A stretch of DNA of 32,000 nucleotides. Source: Vibrio tubiashii. Its GTDB lineage: Bacteria > Pseudomonadota > Gammaproteobacteria > Enterobacterales > Vibrionaceae. The stretch is taken from assembly GCA_000775715.1 (NCBI GenBank), contig JRWQ01000001.1, positions 616,923-648,922 of the forward strand, given 5' to 3'. A program made the position numbers and the translations under genes. The notes beneath the pieces are model-generated. The model was not told where the DNA came from, did no database searches, and was given only the letters and a program-made list of their open reading frames with translations. Shown here piece by piece: positions 17,304 to 26,652 of this stretch; position 1 is the first letter of the stretch, and every line of letters starts with the position of its first letter.

Positions 17304-18605
17304 ATGGATATTATGCACATTGGATTGGTTGCTGCACTCTGCGCCATGACCGCATTGATTGCCAACATGAGTGCCGCCGTCTTCCATGACGGCATCCGCC
17401 CTGTCTTGCCACAATTATTCGAAGGTAATATGACTCGCCGAGATGCGGGGTCTGTTGCGTTCGGTCTTTCTATTGGTTTCGTTGCTTCAGTGGGTATTTC
17501 ATTTACCTTATCGACTGGGCTACTTAACCCTTGGTTACTCTTTTTACCTACCGATATTCTTGGGGTTATGATTGGTAGCCGCATACTTGCGGCGCTCGCT
17601 GGTGGGTTATGGGGAGTGTTAGTTGTAACTTCTTTAGCCGGTGTGAATGCTGTTTTAACTGGCCTACCGATTGATGCTCTTGGCGCGCTTGGTGAACTCG
17701 GTACACCGGTAATGTCAGCCTTTGCACTCTTCCCTCTATTGGCCATTTTCTATCAGTTTGGCTGGAAAGCAGGGGCAATTGCAGCCGGTGTGATTTTGCT
17801 TTCTCGCTTAATGATCATCAAGTTCACAGGCATCTACCCAGAATCCATTCAAATCTTTGTCGGTATGCTAATGCTGGTTTTCTTTGCGGTTCGTAAAGAC
17901 TTAGCGGATCGTAAAGCAGGTATGCAGGCTCCAGATATGTCTGGCCTACACAGCATTTTCGAAGAACGAACCAAGCGTATTGTTAAACACTTACCTTTCT
18001 TGGCTGTGACAGGAGCACTGATTGCGGCGGTCTCCAACGGGGGTATTTTTGCCGGTTCCGAAGTTTCAATCTATTCACTTGCTGATGCACTAAAAATTGC
18101 TGATCCTGAAGCTCAAGATGCGGCCATGAAGCAAGTGGCGCTATCTGAGTTTATGCGTGGCTTAGGTTTTATTCCACTGATTGCTACTACAGCGCTCGCA
18201 ACCGGTGTTTATGGCGTGGTGGGCATGACCTTCGTGTTTGTCGTTGGCTATCTATCCCCCAATATGGCAGTCGCAGCAGCATTAGGTGCCGTCACTATTT
18301 GCCTAGAAGTTTATTTATTGCGTGGCATTGGCCGTTTCTTAGAACAGTTCCCTTCAATTCGGAACGCTTCAGACAATATTCGCAACTCAATGAACACGCT
18401 AATGGAGTTCGCACTTCTTATCGGTGGTGTTCTCGCTGTGATGAAAATGGGTTCCACCACAGGATTTACTATCTTTGCGATGTTGTTCTACCTCAACGAA
18501 GTTATGGGTCGCCCAGTATTGAAGATTGCAGCTCCAGCCGTAGCCGCCATTCTCACTGGTGTCATCTTAAACCTTCTTCACGTGGTTGGACTGTTCGCCA
18601 TCTAA
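17304..18605 (+). CDS. yhfT: YhfT-like multi-spanning membrane protein, putative transporter
   Basis: 433 aa, very hydrophobic; starts 10 nt after yhfU behind TAAGGAG. Confidence 0.85.
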   Translation: MDIMHIGLVAALCAMTALIANMSAAVFHDGIRPVLPQLFEGNMTRRDAGSVAFGLSIGFVASVGISFTLSTGLLNPWLLFLPTDILGVMIGSRILAALAGGLWGVLVVTSLAGVNAVLTGLPIDALGALGELGTPVMSAFALFPLLAIFYQFGWKAGAIAAGVILLSRLMIIKFTGIYPESIQIFVGMLMLVFFAVRKDLADRKAGMQAPDMSGLHSIFEERTKRIVKHLPFLAVTGALIAAVSNGGIFAGSEVSIYSLADALKIADPEAQDAAMKQVALSEFMRGLGFIPLIATTALATGVYGVVGMTFVFVVGYLSPNMAVAAALGAVTICLEVYLLRGIGRFLEQFPSIRNASDNIRNSMNTLMEFALLIGGVLAVMKMGSTTGFTIFAMLFYLNEVMGRPVLKIAAPAVAAILTGVILNLLHVVGLFAI

Positions 18606-18726
18606 AAATAAATAGCCGAGCTGATCACTGGCTTAAATTACTCAATTAGATCAATTGGTATCGTTATTTAACCAGCGCTACAGAGATGTTAGTGCCGGAT
18701 CAGCTCATTCCTAAAAAGGGGAGAAA

Positions 18727-19908
18727 ATGTTTTTAAAAGCCTTAGAAAAGCAAAATCCCGACTTAGTACAAGCCGCGTTAAGCTTATTTAATCAAGGTTT
18801 ATTGATGCCGGATACAACCGTCATTGATGTAGACCAGTTTATTAACAACGCCCAAAATATACGCCAACAGGCAGATAGATATGGACTGAAATTATTTGCC
18901 ATGACCAAGCAAGTAGGTCGTAATCCTTTACTCGCTAAAATCCTAATCGAGCAATGTCAATTTGATGGAATTGTCTGTGTCGACTTTAAAGAGGCGCGAT
19001 TAATGGCAAAGTATGGGTTGCCAGTTGCGAATGTAGGTCATTTAGTCCAGCCTCCCACTAATATGATTGACAGCCTGATTAGAGAAATTCAGCCTCAGGT
19101 GATTACGGTTTACAGTCTCGATAAAGCCAAACAGATCTCAAATGCTGCACAGAAGTATCAGCGTCAACAAGGCCTGCTGCTGAAGTTCTATCACGAGCGC
19201 GATCAACTTTATACGAACCAAGAATCTGGTTTTCCAATCGAAGAGCTGGATGAGATTGTCGCAGAAATTGCAGCGATGCCAAACGTGCATATTGAGGGCG
19301 TCACCCATTTCCCTTGTTTTCTATATGATAAAAAAAGTCACAAAACCCAGCCTACGGCAAACTTAACTACCCTTATTGAGGCAAAGCAGAGGTTAGAGCA
19401 ACTGGGCGTGGAGTGCCGTCAAGTCAATGCGCCTTCAGCAACTTGTATTGAAACCTTACCGATACTAGCAGAGTTTGGTTGTACGCATGGTGAGCCTGGG
19501 CACGCATTGACTGGCACAGTGCCTGCCAATGCCACCACTATCCAAAGCGAAAAAATCGCGATGCTATACCTTAGTGAGGTGTCTCACCATTATGGTTCAG
19601 ACAGTTACTGCTTTGCTGGTGGTTACTATCGTAGGGGGAGTCTAGAGAACTGTTTGGTATTCGATAACGACAAGCGCTATCTCACCTGTATCTACAATGA
19701 TGATCGCGATAGCATCGATTATCATCTGCGTATATCTGGATTGTTTCCTATCGGCTCACCAGTAATCATGGCGTATCGCACTCAAGTCTTTGTCACCAGA
19801 AGTGATGTTGCTTTAGTCTCCGGAATTAGCAGTGGCAAGCCACATCTTATGGCCGTTTATGACGCATTGGGAAATCCACTTAACACCAGTGAGGTGCATC
19901 ATGGCTAG
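18727..19908 (+). CDS. yhfX: YhfX-like PLP-dependent enzyme (alanine racemase N-terminal fold)
   Basis: 393 aa; TTVIDVDQFINNAQNIRQQADRYGLKLFAMTKQVGRNPLLAKILIEQ, GVTHFPCF, APSATCIETLPILAEFGCTHGEPGHALTGTVPAN, IFVTRSDVVLVSG-like terminus, matching E. coli YhfX. Confidence 0.92.
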   Translation: MFLKALEKQNPDLVQAALSLFNQGLLMPDTTVIDVDQFINNAQNIRQQADRYGLKLFAMTKQVGRNPLLAKILIEQCQFDGIVCVDFKEARLMAKYGLPVANVGHLVQPPTNMIDSLIREIQPQVITVYSLDKAKQISNAAQKYQRQQGLLLKFYHERDQLYTNQESGFPIEELDEIVAEIAAMPNVHIEGVTHFPCFLYDKKSHKTQPTANLTTLIEAKQRLEQLGVECRQVNAPSATCIETLPILAEFGCTHGEPGHALTGTVPANATTIQSEKIAMLYLSEVSHHYGSDSYCFAGGYYRRGSLENCLVFDNDKRYLTCIYNDDRDSIDYHLRISGLFPIGSPVIMAYRTQVFVTRSDVALVSGISSGKPHLMAVYDALGNPLNTSEVHHG

Positions 19909-21145
19909 ATTTATTGTCGTGGTTCTTGATGGCTTTGGCGTAGGTGAAATGCCGGATGTGCCTCAAGTGAGACCACAAGACTGTGGTGCAAACACTGCCA
20001 ACAAATTGCTGTCTCACTTTGCTCTCAAACGACTACCCACTCTGGAAAAATTGGGGCTACAGAATGTGGTCGGTAACTCTGAGTCACTGATGAAGCCCAA
20101 CCCAGATGCCAATACAGGTTCAGCTTGGCTTGCTCATGAAGGTGGAGACACGTTTATGGGACACCAAGAAATCATGGGCACAAAGCCAAAGCCACCATTA
20201 GTTCAACCCTTTCAACAAGCGCTGGCAAAGATTGAGTCAGCAGTGATCGAGACAGGTTATCACGTTGAAAGAATTACCCAGCAAGGGTTGTCATTGCTGC
20301 AAATTGAACACGGAGTCATTGTCGGCGATAACTTAGAGGCAGATTTAGGACAAGTCTATAACTTAACATGCAATTTCAATGTAGTGCCGTTTGAAAAACT
20401 GCTTGAGATTGCCAGTGTCGTGCGGGCCAATAACCCAGTAAGTCGCAATATCGCTTTTGGTGGCAATATTGAGTCAGAGAACGGCATACCTAGTATGCAA
20501 CGCGTCTATAACGCTATTGAAGTAAAAAACGACCACCAAGGGCAACCCACTTATATTGGTATCAACGCACCAGATAGCGGCGCGTATGAGTGTGGTTTTC
20601 AAGTGGCTCACTTAGGCTTCGGTGTGGATGCACTGACTCAGGCACCTTATCTGCTCCATCAACAAGGTATTAAAACCTGGTTATATGGCAAAGTCGCAGA
20701 CATCGTGCAAAATCCTAATGGTCAATCCTACTTGTCGGTTGTGGATACCGATGCAGTATTTCGCTTGCTAACCCAAGATTTAGCCACGCAAACGCAAGGG
20801 TTCTTCTGCGCCAATGTACAAGAAACGGACCTTTCTGGGCACCAGCAAGATCCCAAACAGTATTGGCGTGTTCTTGAACGAGCAGATAGAGGGTTGAGCC
20901 AAGTGATCGAAAAAATGGCCGAGCAAGACGTGCTCATCGTTATGGCTGATCATGGTAATGATCCGTTTATTGGCCACACCAAACATACAAGGGAGAAAGT
21001 ACCACTCCTGGCGATGAAAAAAGGTCGTCAAGCCCTCGCTCTCGGTGAGCGTGAAACATTGTCAGATGTAGGAGCGACGGTCTGCAACTTTTTTGCCGCA
21101 CAGGCACCAGAAAACGGATCACCTATTACCAGTTTGTTAAACTAG
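19901..21145 (+). CDS. yhfW: YhfW-like phosphopentomutase-family metalloenzyme (alkaline phosphatase superfamily)
   Basis: Start ATG 19901 behind GAGGTG, overlapping the yhfX end by 8 nt (provided ORF start 19832 is too early). MARFIVVVLDGFGVGEMPD, HEGGDTFMGHQEIMGT, MADHGNDPFIGHTKHTREKVPLL. Confidence 0.9.
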   Translation: MARFIVVVLDGFGVGEMPDVPQVRPQDCGANTANKLLSHFALKRLPTLEKLGLQNVVGNSESLMKPNPDANTGSAWLAHEGGDTFMGHQEIMGTKPKPPLVQPFQQALAKIESAVIETGYHVERITQQGLSLLQIEHGVIVGDNLEADLGQVYNLTCNFNVVPFEKLLEIASVVRANNPVSRNIAFGGNIESENGIPSMQRVYNAIEVKNDHQGQPTYIGINAPDSGAYECGFQVAHLGFGVDALTQAPYLLHQQGIKTWLYGKVADIVQNPNGQSYLSVVDTDAVFRLLTQDLATQTQGFFCANVQETDLSGHQQDPKQYWRVLERADRGLSQVIEKMAEQDVLIVMADHGNDPFIGHTKHTREKVPLLAMKKGRQALALGERETLSDVGATVCNFFAAQAPENGSPITSLLN

Positions 21146-21200
21146 TTTTAAGCCTAAACAGAGTTAATTCAAGATATTATGATTCTTGTTTAGTTGTTAT

Positions 21201-21240
21201 AGCCTCCTAGTCTCCCCCCTGCGCTAAGAGGCTTTTCTTT
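21201..21240 (+). terminator. Putative terminator after the yhf block
   Basis: AGCCTC (21201-21206) ... GAGGCT (21228-21233) followed by TTTCTTT; long loop, so moderate support. Confidence 0.5.
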
Positions 21241-21257
21241 ACGCTGCGCTATCGCGA

Positions 21258-21302
21258 CTCGATAAAGTCGATGCAATCTTTAATGATTATCTATAACGGT
21301 TT
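21258..21302 (+). pseudogene. Relic similar to the 3' end of the ugpQ-like gene at 14609-14653
   Basis: 38 of 45 aligned bases identical by manual count; reads LDKVDAIFNDYL-stop versus LDKVDAIFSDYPERFL in the intact gene. Confidence 0.65.
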
Positions 21303-21410
21303 GCATAAGGTAAAAGCGATAGAGTTGCTCTTCTTAGCTATCAACCGAGTAACACTGAAAGCAAAAGTGTTATAAATCAGTCGGCAATTGAGGAGGAAGG
21401 GCTAAAGACA

Positions 21411-21935
21411 TTAGTCCTGATTTAAAGCTTGTAGCTGGCTATTGTTATTGTTCGATTGATACAAGCGATATATGGTCAGTAAGTTGGTGATGATAAAGGT
21501 ACTCTCGACCAATGAACCCCCGATCGACCCAAGCCAAATATTGTGGCTCACCCAACAAAAAGAATTGAACAGAATTAAGCTGCGAAGTGTGATACCTCGT
21601 TTGGAAAAGAGTGCCCAAGTGGCGACGGACGATCCTATCACCGTGAGGAGCTCAAAAAAGTGAGTGATGTTTGGTAGGGTCATTAGCCACATTAGCGCAA
21701 TGAAGAACCACATCACTTTGCGTGATTGGGTTTTGATTGAGGCGAAGCTGCGAATGCCATTAATGATCACGCCAATGGCAGCGACGGTTGCACCCATTAG
21801 GGTAAAGTGAATCCCCATGATGAAACAAAACGCCATCATCTGATAGCGAAAGCGCATATCATCTTTCTGCCAGAATGCCATCACGCCAACCATAAACGCG
21901 ATGCCACCAACGCCTTGTGCTAACCAGTTTTCCAT
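21411..21935 (-). CDS. YgjV-family inner membrane protein
   Basis: 174 aa hydrophobic; GVGGIAFMVGVMAFWQKDDMRFRYQMMAFCFIMGIHFTLMGA...LTIYRLYQ resembles the YgjV family. Confidence 0.75.
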   Translation of the reverse strand: MENWLAQGVGGIAFMVGVMAFWQKDDMRFRYQMMAFCFIMGIHFTLMGATVAAIGVIINGIRSFASIKTQSRKVMWFFIALMWLMTLPNITHFFELLTVIGSSVATWALFSKRGITLRSLILFNSFCWVSHNIWLGSIGGSLVESTFIITNLLTIYRLYQSNNNNSQLQALNQD

Positions 21936-21982
21936 TTTTCCCCTAGAGTGTTGTTTTTTGAGCCAAGCTTTGAACGAATCAA

Positions 21983-22000
21983 CCCTCCATATAGGGAGGG
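21983..22000 (-). terminator. Stem-loop downstream of eda; possible weak terminator of the minus-strand hexuronate operon
   Basis: CCCTCC (21983-21988) - ATATAG - GGAGGG (21995-22000); no clear T tract on the minus strand. Confidence 0.35.
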
Positions 22001-22062
22001 CTGGGCACCATATCTAATTCGCTAAGGGATTACCCAAGAGCCTTGAGGCTACTTACGAATCA

Positions 22063-22692
22063 TTACTCATTTACAAGCGCTACTGCTTCGCGAGTTAGGC
22101 GTGCAAGCTCTTCCCAGTTGCCTGCTTCGATAAGTTTCTTGTCTACCATCCACGTACCACCACATGCCAATACACGCGGGATAGCTAGATAATCTTTGAT
22201 GTTCGCAGGGTTAATGCCACCAGTAGGCATTAGTTCGATGTTAGTGTATGGCGCGAGCAGAGATTTCACCATGTTGATGCCGCCAGAAGCTTCGGCGGGG
22301 AAGAACTTCAAGGTGGTTAATCCCATTTCCAGTGCGGCTTCAACTGTGCTTGGGTTGTTTACACCCGGTACGATATCAATTCCGATCGCTTGGCACGCTT
22401 TAACGGTATTTGGGTTAAAGCCAGGCGAAACGATAAAGGTTGCGCCTGCTTCTTTTGCTGCAAGTGCTTGCTCGCGGTTCAACACCGTTCCTGCGCCAAT
22501 CAGCATGTCTGGTTGGCTTTCACGCAGTAGACGAATCGCTTCTACAGCGGCTGCGGAACGGAAGGTGATCTCAGCCGCTGGGAGTCCGTTTTCTGCCAGT
22601 ACTTTACCCAGTGGGACAATGTCTTCTGCTTTATCTATGGCGATAACAGGGATGACTTTCAGAGCTTTCAATTGTTCTTTAATACTAGACAT
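22063..22692 (-). CDS. eda: Bifunctional 4-hydroxy-2-oxoglutarate aldolase / 2-dehydro-3-deoxy-phosphogluconate (KDPG) aldolase
   Basis: 209 aa; VIAIDKAEDIVPLGKVLAENGLPAAEITFRSAAA, GAGTVLN, FIVSPGFNP, FFPAEASGG, MPTGGI. Confidence 0.95.
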   Translation of the reverse strand: MSSIKEQLKALKVIPVIAIDKAEDIVPLGKVLAENGLPAAEITFRSAAAVEAIRLLRESQPDMLIGAGTVLNREQALAAKEAGATFIVSPGFNPNTVKACQAIGIDIVPGVNNPSTVEAALEMGLTTLKFFPAEASGGINMVKSLLAPYTNIELMPTGGINPANIKDYLAIPRVLACGGTWMVDKKLIEAGNWEELARLTREAVALVNE

Positions 22693-22701
22693 GAGTGTTC
22701 C

Positions 22702-23679
22702 TTAAACGACGTCAAGCGCCGGTTGTGTGAATGCTTTGGGAATGATGGCACCGCGATGTTGAATCACAGCACCTGCCAGTGCGTTACCTCTTTGACATGA
22801 GGTCGCGAGATCGGCGCCAGCAAGGTATGCCGATAAAAAGCCACCATTGAATGAGTCGCCCGCCGATGTGGTATCCACCACTTGAGCGACAGGTTGGGTT
22901 GGCACGGCTTGTGGAGCCAAAGCCGCGCTCGAATCCTGATTTGTTGAGTTTTGAACTAAGCAGCCATCTGAACCAAGTTTGACGATGCATTTGCCCACGC
23001 CAAGAGAGGTAAGGCGTTCAATGGTTTGCTCTGGAGTTTCGTCGCCCCAGATCAATTGCTCATCATCAAAAGTCACCAAGGCGACGTCCGTCAGTTGATA
23101 AATGGCTTGGTAAACGTTTTTGACGGTTTGATTATCGTCTTGAGGCCATAACGCTGGGCGGAAGTTACTATCAAATGCGATTTCAACGCCTTGGGCTTTA
23201 AGCTCGACCAATAGGTTGAGCAGTGAAATTCGGTCTTCTTCTGGCAAGATGGCTAGAGAGATACCGCTGAGAAACACCGCATCCACATGAGTTAATGCTT
23301 GCTTAACCAGACCAAAGTTAGGGTGTTGAAGTAAGTGACGTGCTGCTGATTGATTGCGCCAATATAGAAACGTACGCTCGCCTTGATCATCAAGCTGAAT
23401 CAAGTACAAGCCCGGCGTGCGAGTTTCATCGCGTAGCACCAAATCTGTTGAGACGCCTTCGTCTTCCCAGCGAGTTAGCATGCCCGAGCTGATTGGGTCA
23501 TTGCCAAGCGCCGTAACGTAAGAGACTTTAACTTCATCAGGTTTGCTATTGGCTTCGCAGCCGCGGCTCAAATAAACCGCAGCGTTGAGCGTATCCCCAC
23601 CAAATGTTTGATGCATTGAGCCGAACGGTTTTCCATTTAGCTCAATCATACATTCACCAATAATGGCGATGTGCTTCAT
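22702..23679 (-). CDS. kdgK: 2-dehydro-3-deoxygluconokinase (PfkB family)
   Basis: 325 aa; GECMIELNG, FGGDTLNAAVYLSR, DSNFRPALW, VDTTSAGDSFNGGFLSAYL. Confidence 0.94.
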   Translation of the reverse strand: MKHIAIIGECMIELNGKPFGSMHQTFGGDTLNAAVYLSRGCEANSKPDEVKVSYVTALGNDPISSGMLTRWEDEGVSTDLVLRDETRTPGLYLIQLDDQGERTFLYWRNQSAARHLLQHPNFGLVKQALTHVDAVFLSGISLAILPEEDRISLLNLLVELKAQGVEIAFDSNFRPALWPQDDNQTVKNVYQAIYQLTDVALVTFDDEQLIWGDETPEQTIERLTSLGVGKCIVKLGSDGCLVQNSTNQDSSAALAPQAVPTQPVAQVVDTTSAGDSFNGGFLSAYLAGADLATSCQRGNALAGAVIQHRGAIIPKAFTQPALDVV

Positions 23680-23682
23680 TGG

Positions 23683-25095
23683 TTACGCCCTCTCTTCAAA
23701 GTAGCGTTTTGCGTTACCAAAACAGATGTCTTCAACCATAGGACCAAGCAACGATAGGTCATTTGGAATTTCGCCGTTCTCTGCCCAACGACCGACCATG
23801 TCACACAAGATGCGGCGGAAGTATTCGTGACGGGTGTAAGACAAGAAGCTGCGCGAGTCCGTTAGCATACCGACGAATTGGCTGAGCAAACCAAGTTGAG
23901 AAAGTTGCTCCATTTGGCGTTGCATGCCGTCTTTCTGGTCGTTGAACCACCAACCTGAACCAAACTGCACTTTGCCCGCGATACCGCCACCTTGGAAGTT
24001 TCCAATCATGGTCGCCATCATTTCGTTATCACGAGGGTTCAAACAGTAAAGAATGGTGCGAGGCAGTTCGTTGGTTTGGTCCATTTCATCCAACAGGTGT
24101 GCCAGTTCAAAGGCAAATGGGCGATCGCCAATCGAGTCAAAGCCAGCATCGGCACCTAACAGTTGGAACATGCGTGTGCTGTTGTTGCGCTGCGCGCCAA
24201 TATGAAGCTGCATGACCCAGCCCAATTTCGCGTAGCGTTTGCCGAGCCAAACTTGAACTGCGGTAGAGAACTGCGCACATTCAAGATCTGACAATACTTC
24301 GCCATTCAAACGACGGGTCAGCAACGCATCTAAATCAGCCTCGCTTGGGATCGGTGCGTAACGGACGATCTCAATGCCGTGGTCTGCTGCACGACATCCA
24401 TGTGCATCGAAGTGTGCCAAACGTTTATCAAGCGCACTCAATAAATCATCAAAGCGGCGAATTTCAATGTCTGCTATTTCACCCAATTTGTGGATGTAAT
24501 CCGCAAACACGTCCAATTCAATCTTGAACGCTTTATCCGGACGCCAGCTCGGCAGCACTTTAACGTTAAATGTGTCGTCTTCTGCGATCGCTTTGTGGTG
24601 CTCTAGTGAATCGATAGGATCATCGGTTGTGCCCGCCATGACGACGTTCATTTGCTGCATGATGCCACGAGCCGTAAATTCAGGTGTCGCCAGTAGCTCA
24701 TTACATTGATGCCAAATTTGGTCAGCGGTGTCTGGGCTAAACAGCGTATTGGTAAGGCCGAATGGGCGACGCAGTTCTAAGTGCGTCCAGTGGTAAAGCG
24801 GGTTGCCCAAGGTTTGAGGAACCGTCTTCGCCCACGCCATGTATTTGTCGTAATCGCTCGCGTCACCCGTAATCAAATTCTCTTCAATGCCTGCCGAGCG
24901 CATGCCACGCCATTTGTAGTGATCGCCTTCAAGCCAGATTTGACTCAAGTTATCGAACTGACGATTTTGCGCCACTTCCGCTGGGTTTAGATGGCAGTGG
25001 TAATCATAAATTGGCTGGTGGAACGCATGCTCATGGTACAAGCGACATGCAGTTTCGTTTGAGAGTAAAAAGTCTTCACACAAGAAATTCTTCAT
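23683..25095 (-). CDS. uxaC: Glucuronate (uronate) isomerase
   Basis: 470 aa; [66 protein letters not shown] and [21 protein letters not shown]. Confidence 0.96.
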   Translation of the reverse strand: MKNFLCEDFLLSNETACRLYHEHAFHQPIYDYHCHLNPAEVAQNRQFDNLSQIWLEGDHYKWRGMRSAGIEENLITGDASDYDKYMAWAKTVPQTLGNPLYHWTHLELRRPFGLTNTLFSPDTADQIWHQCNELLATPEFTARGIMQQMNVVMAGTTDDPIDSLEHHKAIAEDDTFNVKVLPSWRPDKAFKIELDVFADYIHKLGEIADIEIRRFDDLLSALDKRLAHFDAHGCRAADHGIEIVRYAPIPSEADLDALLTRRLNGEVLSDLECAQFSTAVQVWLGKRYAKLGWVMQLHIGAQRNNSTRMFQLLGADAGFDSIGDRPFAFELAHLLDEMDQTNELPRTILYCLNPRDNEMMATMIGNFQGGGIAGKVQFGSGWWFNDQKDGMQRQMEQLSQLGLLSQFVGMLTDSRSFLSYTRHEYFRRILCDMVGRWAENGEIPNDLSLLGPMVEDICFGNAKRYFEERA

Positions 25096-25107
25096 CGTTA
25101 ACTCCTA

Positions 25108-26571
25108 TTACAGCGCAGCTACAGTGGCACGAGCGCCGTGATCAATCAGCGATTGGTAAGCGCTGCTCACCGCATCAATCACTTGTGGGTTTTGCCCAAG
25201 CTCTGCAGGGAAGATGGCTTCAACTGCGAGCAACGCAGGTACCACAGAAACGTTCAAGCCGTGTTGGTCGCAAATCTGACGCAGTGTCTCTGCCATTGGA
25301 TCGCGAACATCAATGTCGTTGCCTTGCTCGTCCACGCCAGATACGTAGCGCATCCAACCTGCAATTGCTGTTGCCAACCATGAGAAGTTAGAACCTTGAG
25401 CAAGATGGAATCGCAAGCTGCCATCCATACGTTGTGGGATCTTCTGGCTGCCATCCATCGCGATTTGCCAGGTTTTGTGTTTCAAGCTTGGGTTAGTGAA
25501 GCGCTCGATAAGCAGCTTAGCGTAGCCTTCTAAATCGGTGCCTTCTGGCATGGTCAGCGAAGGAGCTTGCGCTTGCATCATCATGTCGAATGCCGCTTTG
25601 CGGTAGCCTTCGTCTGTCATGGTGTCAGAGATGTGCGCGTAACCGCCAAGGTAGCCTAGGTAGGCTAGGAACGAGTGGCTACCATTTAGCATGCGCAGTT
25701 TCATTTCTTCGTAAGGCACAACGTCGGCAACAAACTCTGCGCCAGCCACGCTCCAATCCGGGCGACCTGCCACGAAGTTATCCTCGATAACCCATTGGCG
25801 GAAAGGTTCACAAGCGATACCACATGGATCTTCACAGCCAAGTAGCTCAGCGATTTCGGTCAGCGTCTCTTCGGTTGCTGCTGGCACAATGCGGTCAACC
25901 ATGGTGCAAGGGAAGGTAACATTGGTTTCAATCCAGTCGCGTAATTCTGGATCGAGTAGTTGAGCGAACTCAAGTACCGCTGCTTTTGCTACGTGACCGT
26001 TCTCTTGCACGTTGTCGCAAGACATCACGGTAAATGGCGTCAGACCGCGCTCACGGCGCATTTTTAGTGCTTGCACGATGTAACCCAATGCCGATTTTGG
26101 CTCCGTTGGGTTGGCAAGGTCAGCAATGACTAGCGGGTTGTTTTTATCAAGCGTGCCCGTTGCTGGGTCGGCGCAGTAGCCTTTCTCGGTAATCGTCATT
26201 GAAACGATCGCCACTTGTGGCTCTGTCATTTTTTCTAACACCGCTGGAATGCTGTCGAGGCTTGGGTGGAGTGATTCGGTCACTGAGCCAATCACTTTTA
26301 CCTCAGTCGATTCTGCGCCTTTCTCTGCCACTGTATAGAGGTGATCTTGTGCGCGCAGCGATTGAATTAAGTCTTCACCACCAAATAGGTTGATTTCGCA
26401 AATGCCCCAATTCGAGCCTGTTTTACTTAGCATTTCATTGGTGAATAGAGCTTGGTGCGCTCGGTGGAATGCACCGAAACCAAGGTGAACAATACGGCTT
26501 GTAAGTGTTGAACGGTCGTAGTCCGGTAGCAGAGCGTGGTCATTTAGAGTGGAATTCGAAATAGTCTTCAT
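25108..26571 (-). CDS. uxuB: Fructuronate reductase / mannitol dehydrogenase family oxidoreductase
   Basis: 487 aa; IVHLGFGAFHRAHQALFTNEML, FTVMSCDNVQENGHV, MVDRIVPAATEE, KLRMLNGSHSFLAYLGYLGGY. Confidence 0.92.
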   Translation of the reverse strand: MKTISNSTLNDHALLPDYDRSTLTSRIVHLGFGAFHRAHQALFTNEMLSKTGSNWGICEINLFGGEDLIQSLRAQDHLYTVAEKGAESTEVKVIGSVTESLHPSLDSIPAVLEKMTEPQVAIVSMTITEKGYCADPATGTLDKNNPLVIADLANPTEPKSALGYIVQALKMRRERGLTPFTVMSCDNVQENGHVAKAAVLEFAQLLDPELRDWIETNVTFPCTMVDRIVPAATEETLTEIAELLGCEDPCGIACEPFRQWVIEDNFVAGRPDWSVAGAEFVADVVPYEEMKLRMLNGSHSFLAYLGYLGGYAHISDTMTDEGYRKAAFDMMMQAQAPSLTMPEGTDLEGYAKLLIERFTNPSLKHKTWQIAMDGSQKIPQRMDGSLRFHLAQGSNFSWLATAIAGWMRYVSGVDEQGNDIDVRDPMAETLRQICDQHGLNVSVVPALLAVEAIFPAELGQNPQVIDAVSSAYQSLIDHGARATVAAL

Positions 26572-26652
26572 TTTGGTATCCCTTTTCCCGCAAGCGTACC
26601 TGCGGGATGGTCTGTTTTAATCATTCGTAATCTAGAGCTTATAACCTAGCGT

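Noticed and set aside
17276-17746. 156-aa minus-strand ORF opposite yhfT
   Set aside because: Antisense to a clear operon member with no family resemblance; typical shadow ORF in hydrophobic-gene DNA.
18299-18649. 116-aa plus-strand ORF overlapping the yhfT end in another frame
   Set aside because: Runs out of frame through yhfT and lacks an RBS; YhfT frame is better supported.
22196-22705. 169-aa plus-strand ORF opposite eda
   Set aside because: Eda is fully supported on the minus strand; the plus-strand product has no recognisable motif.
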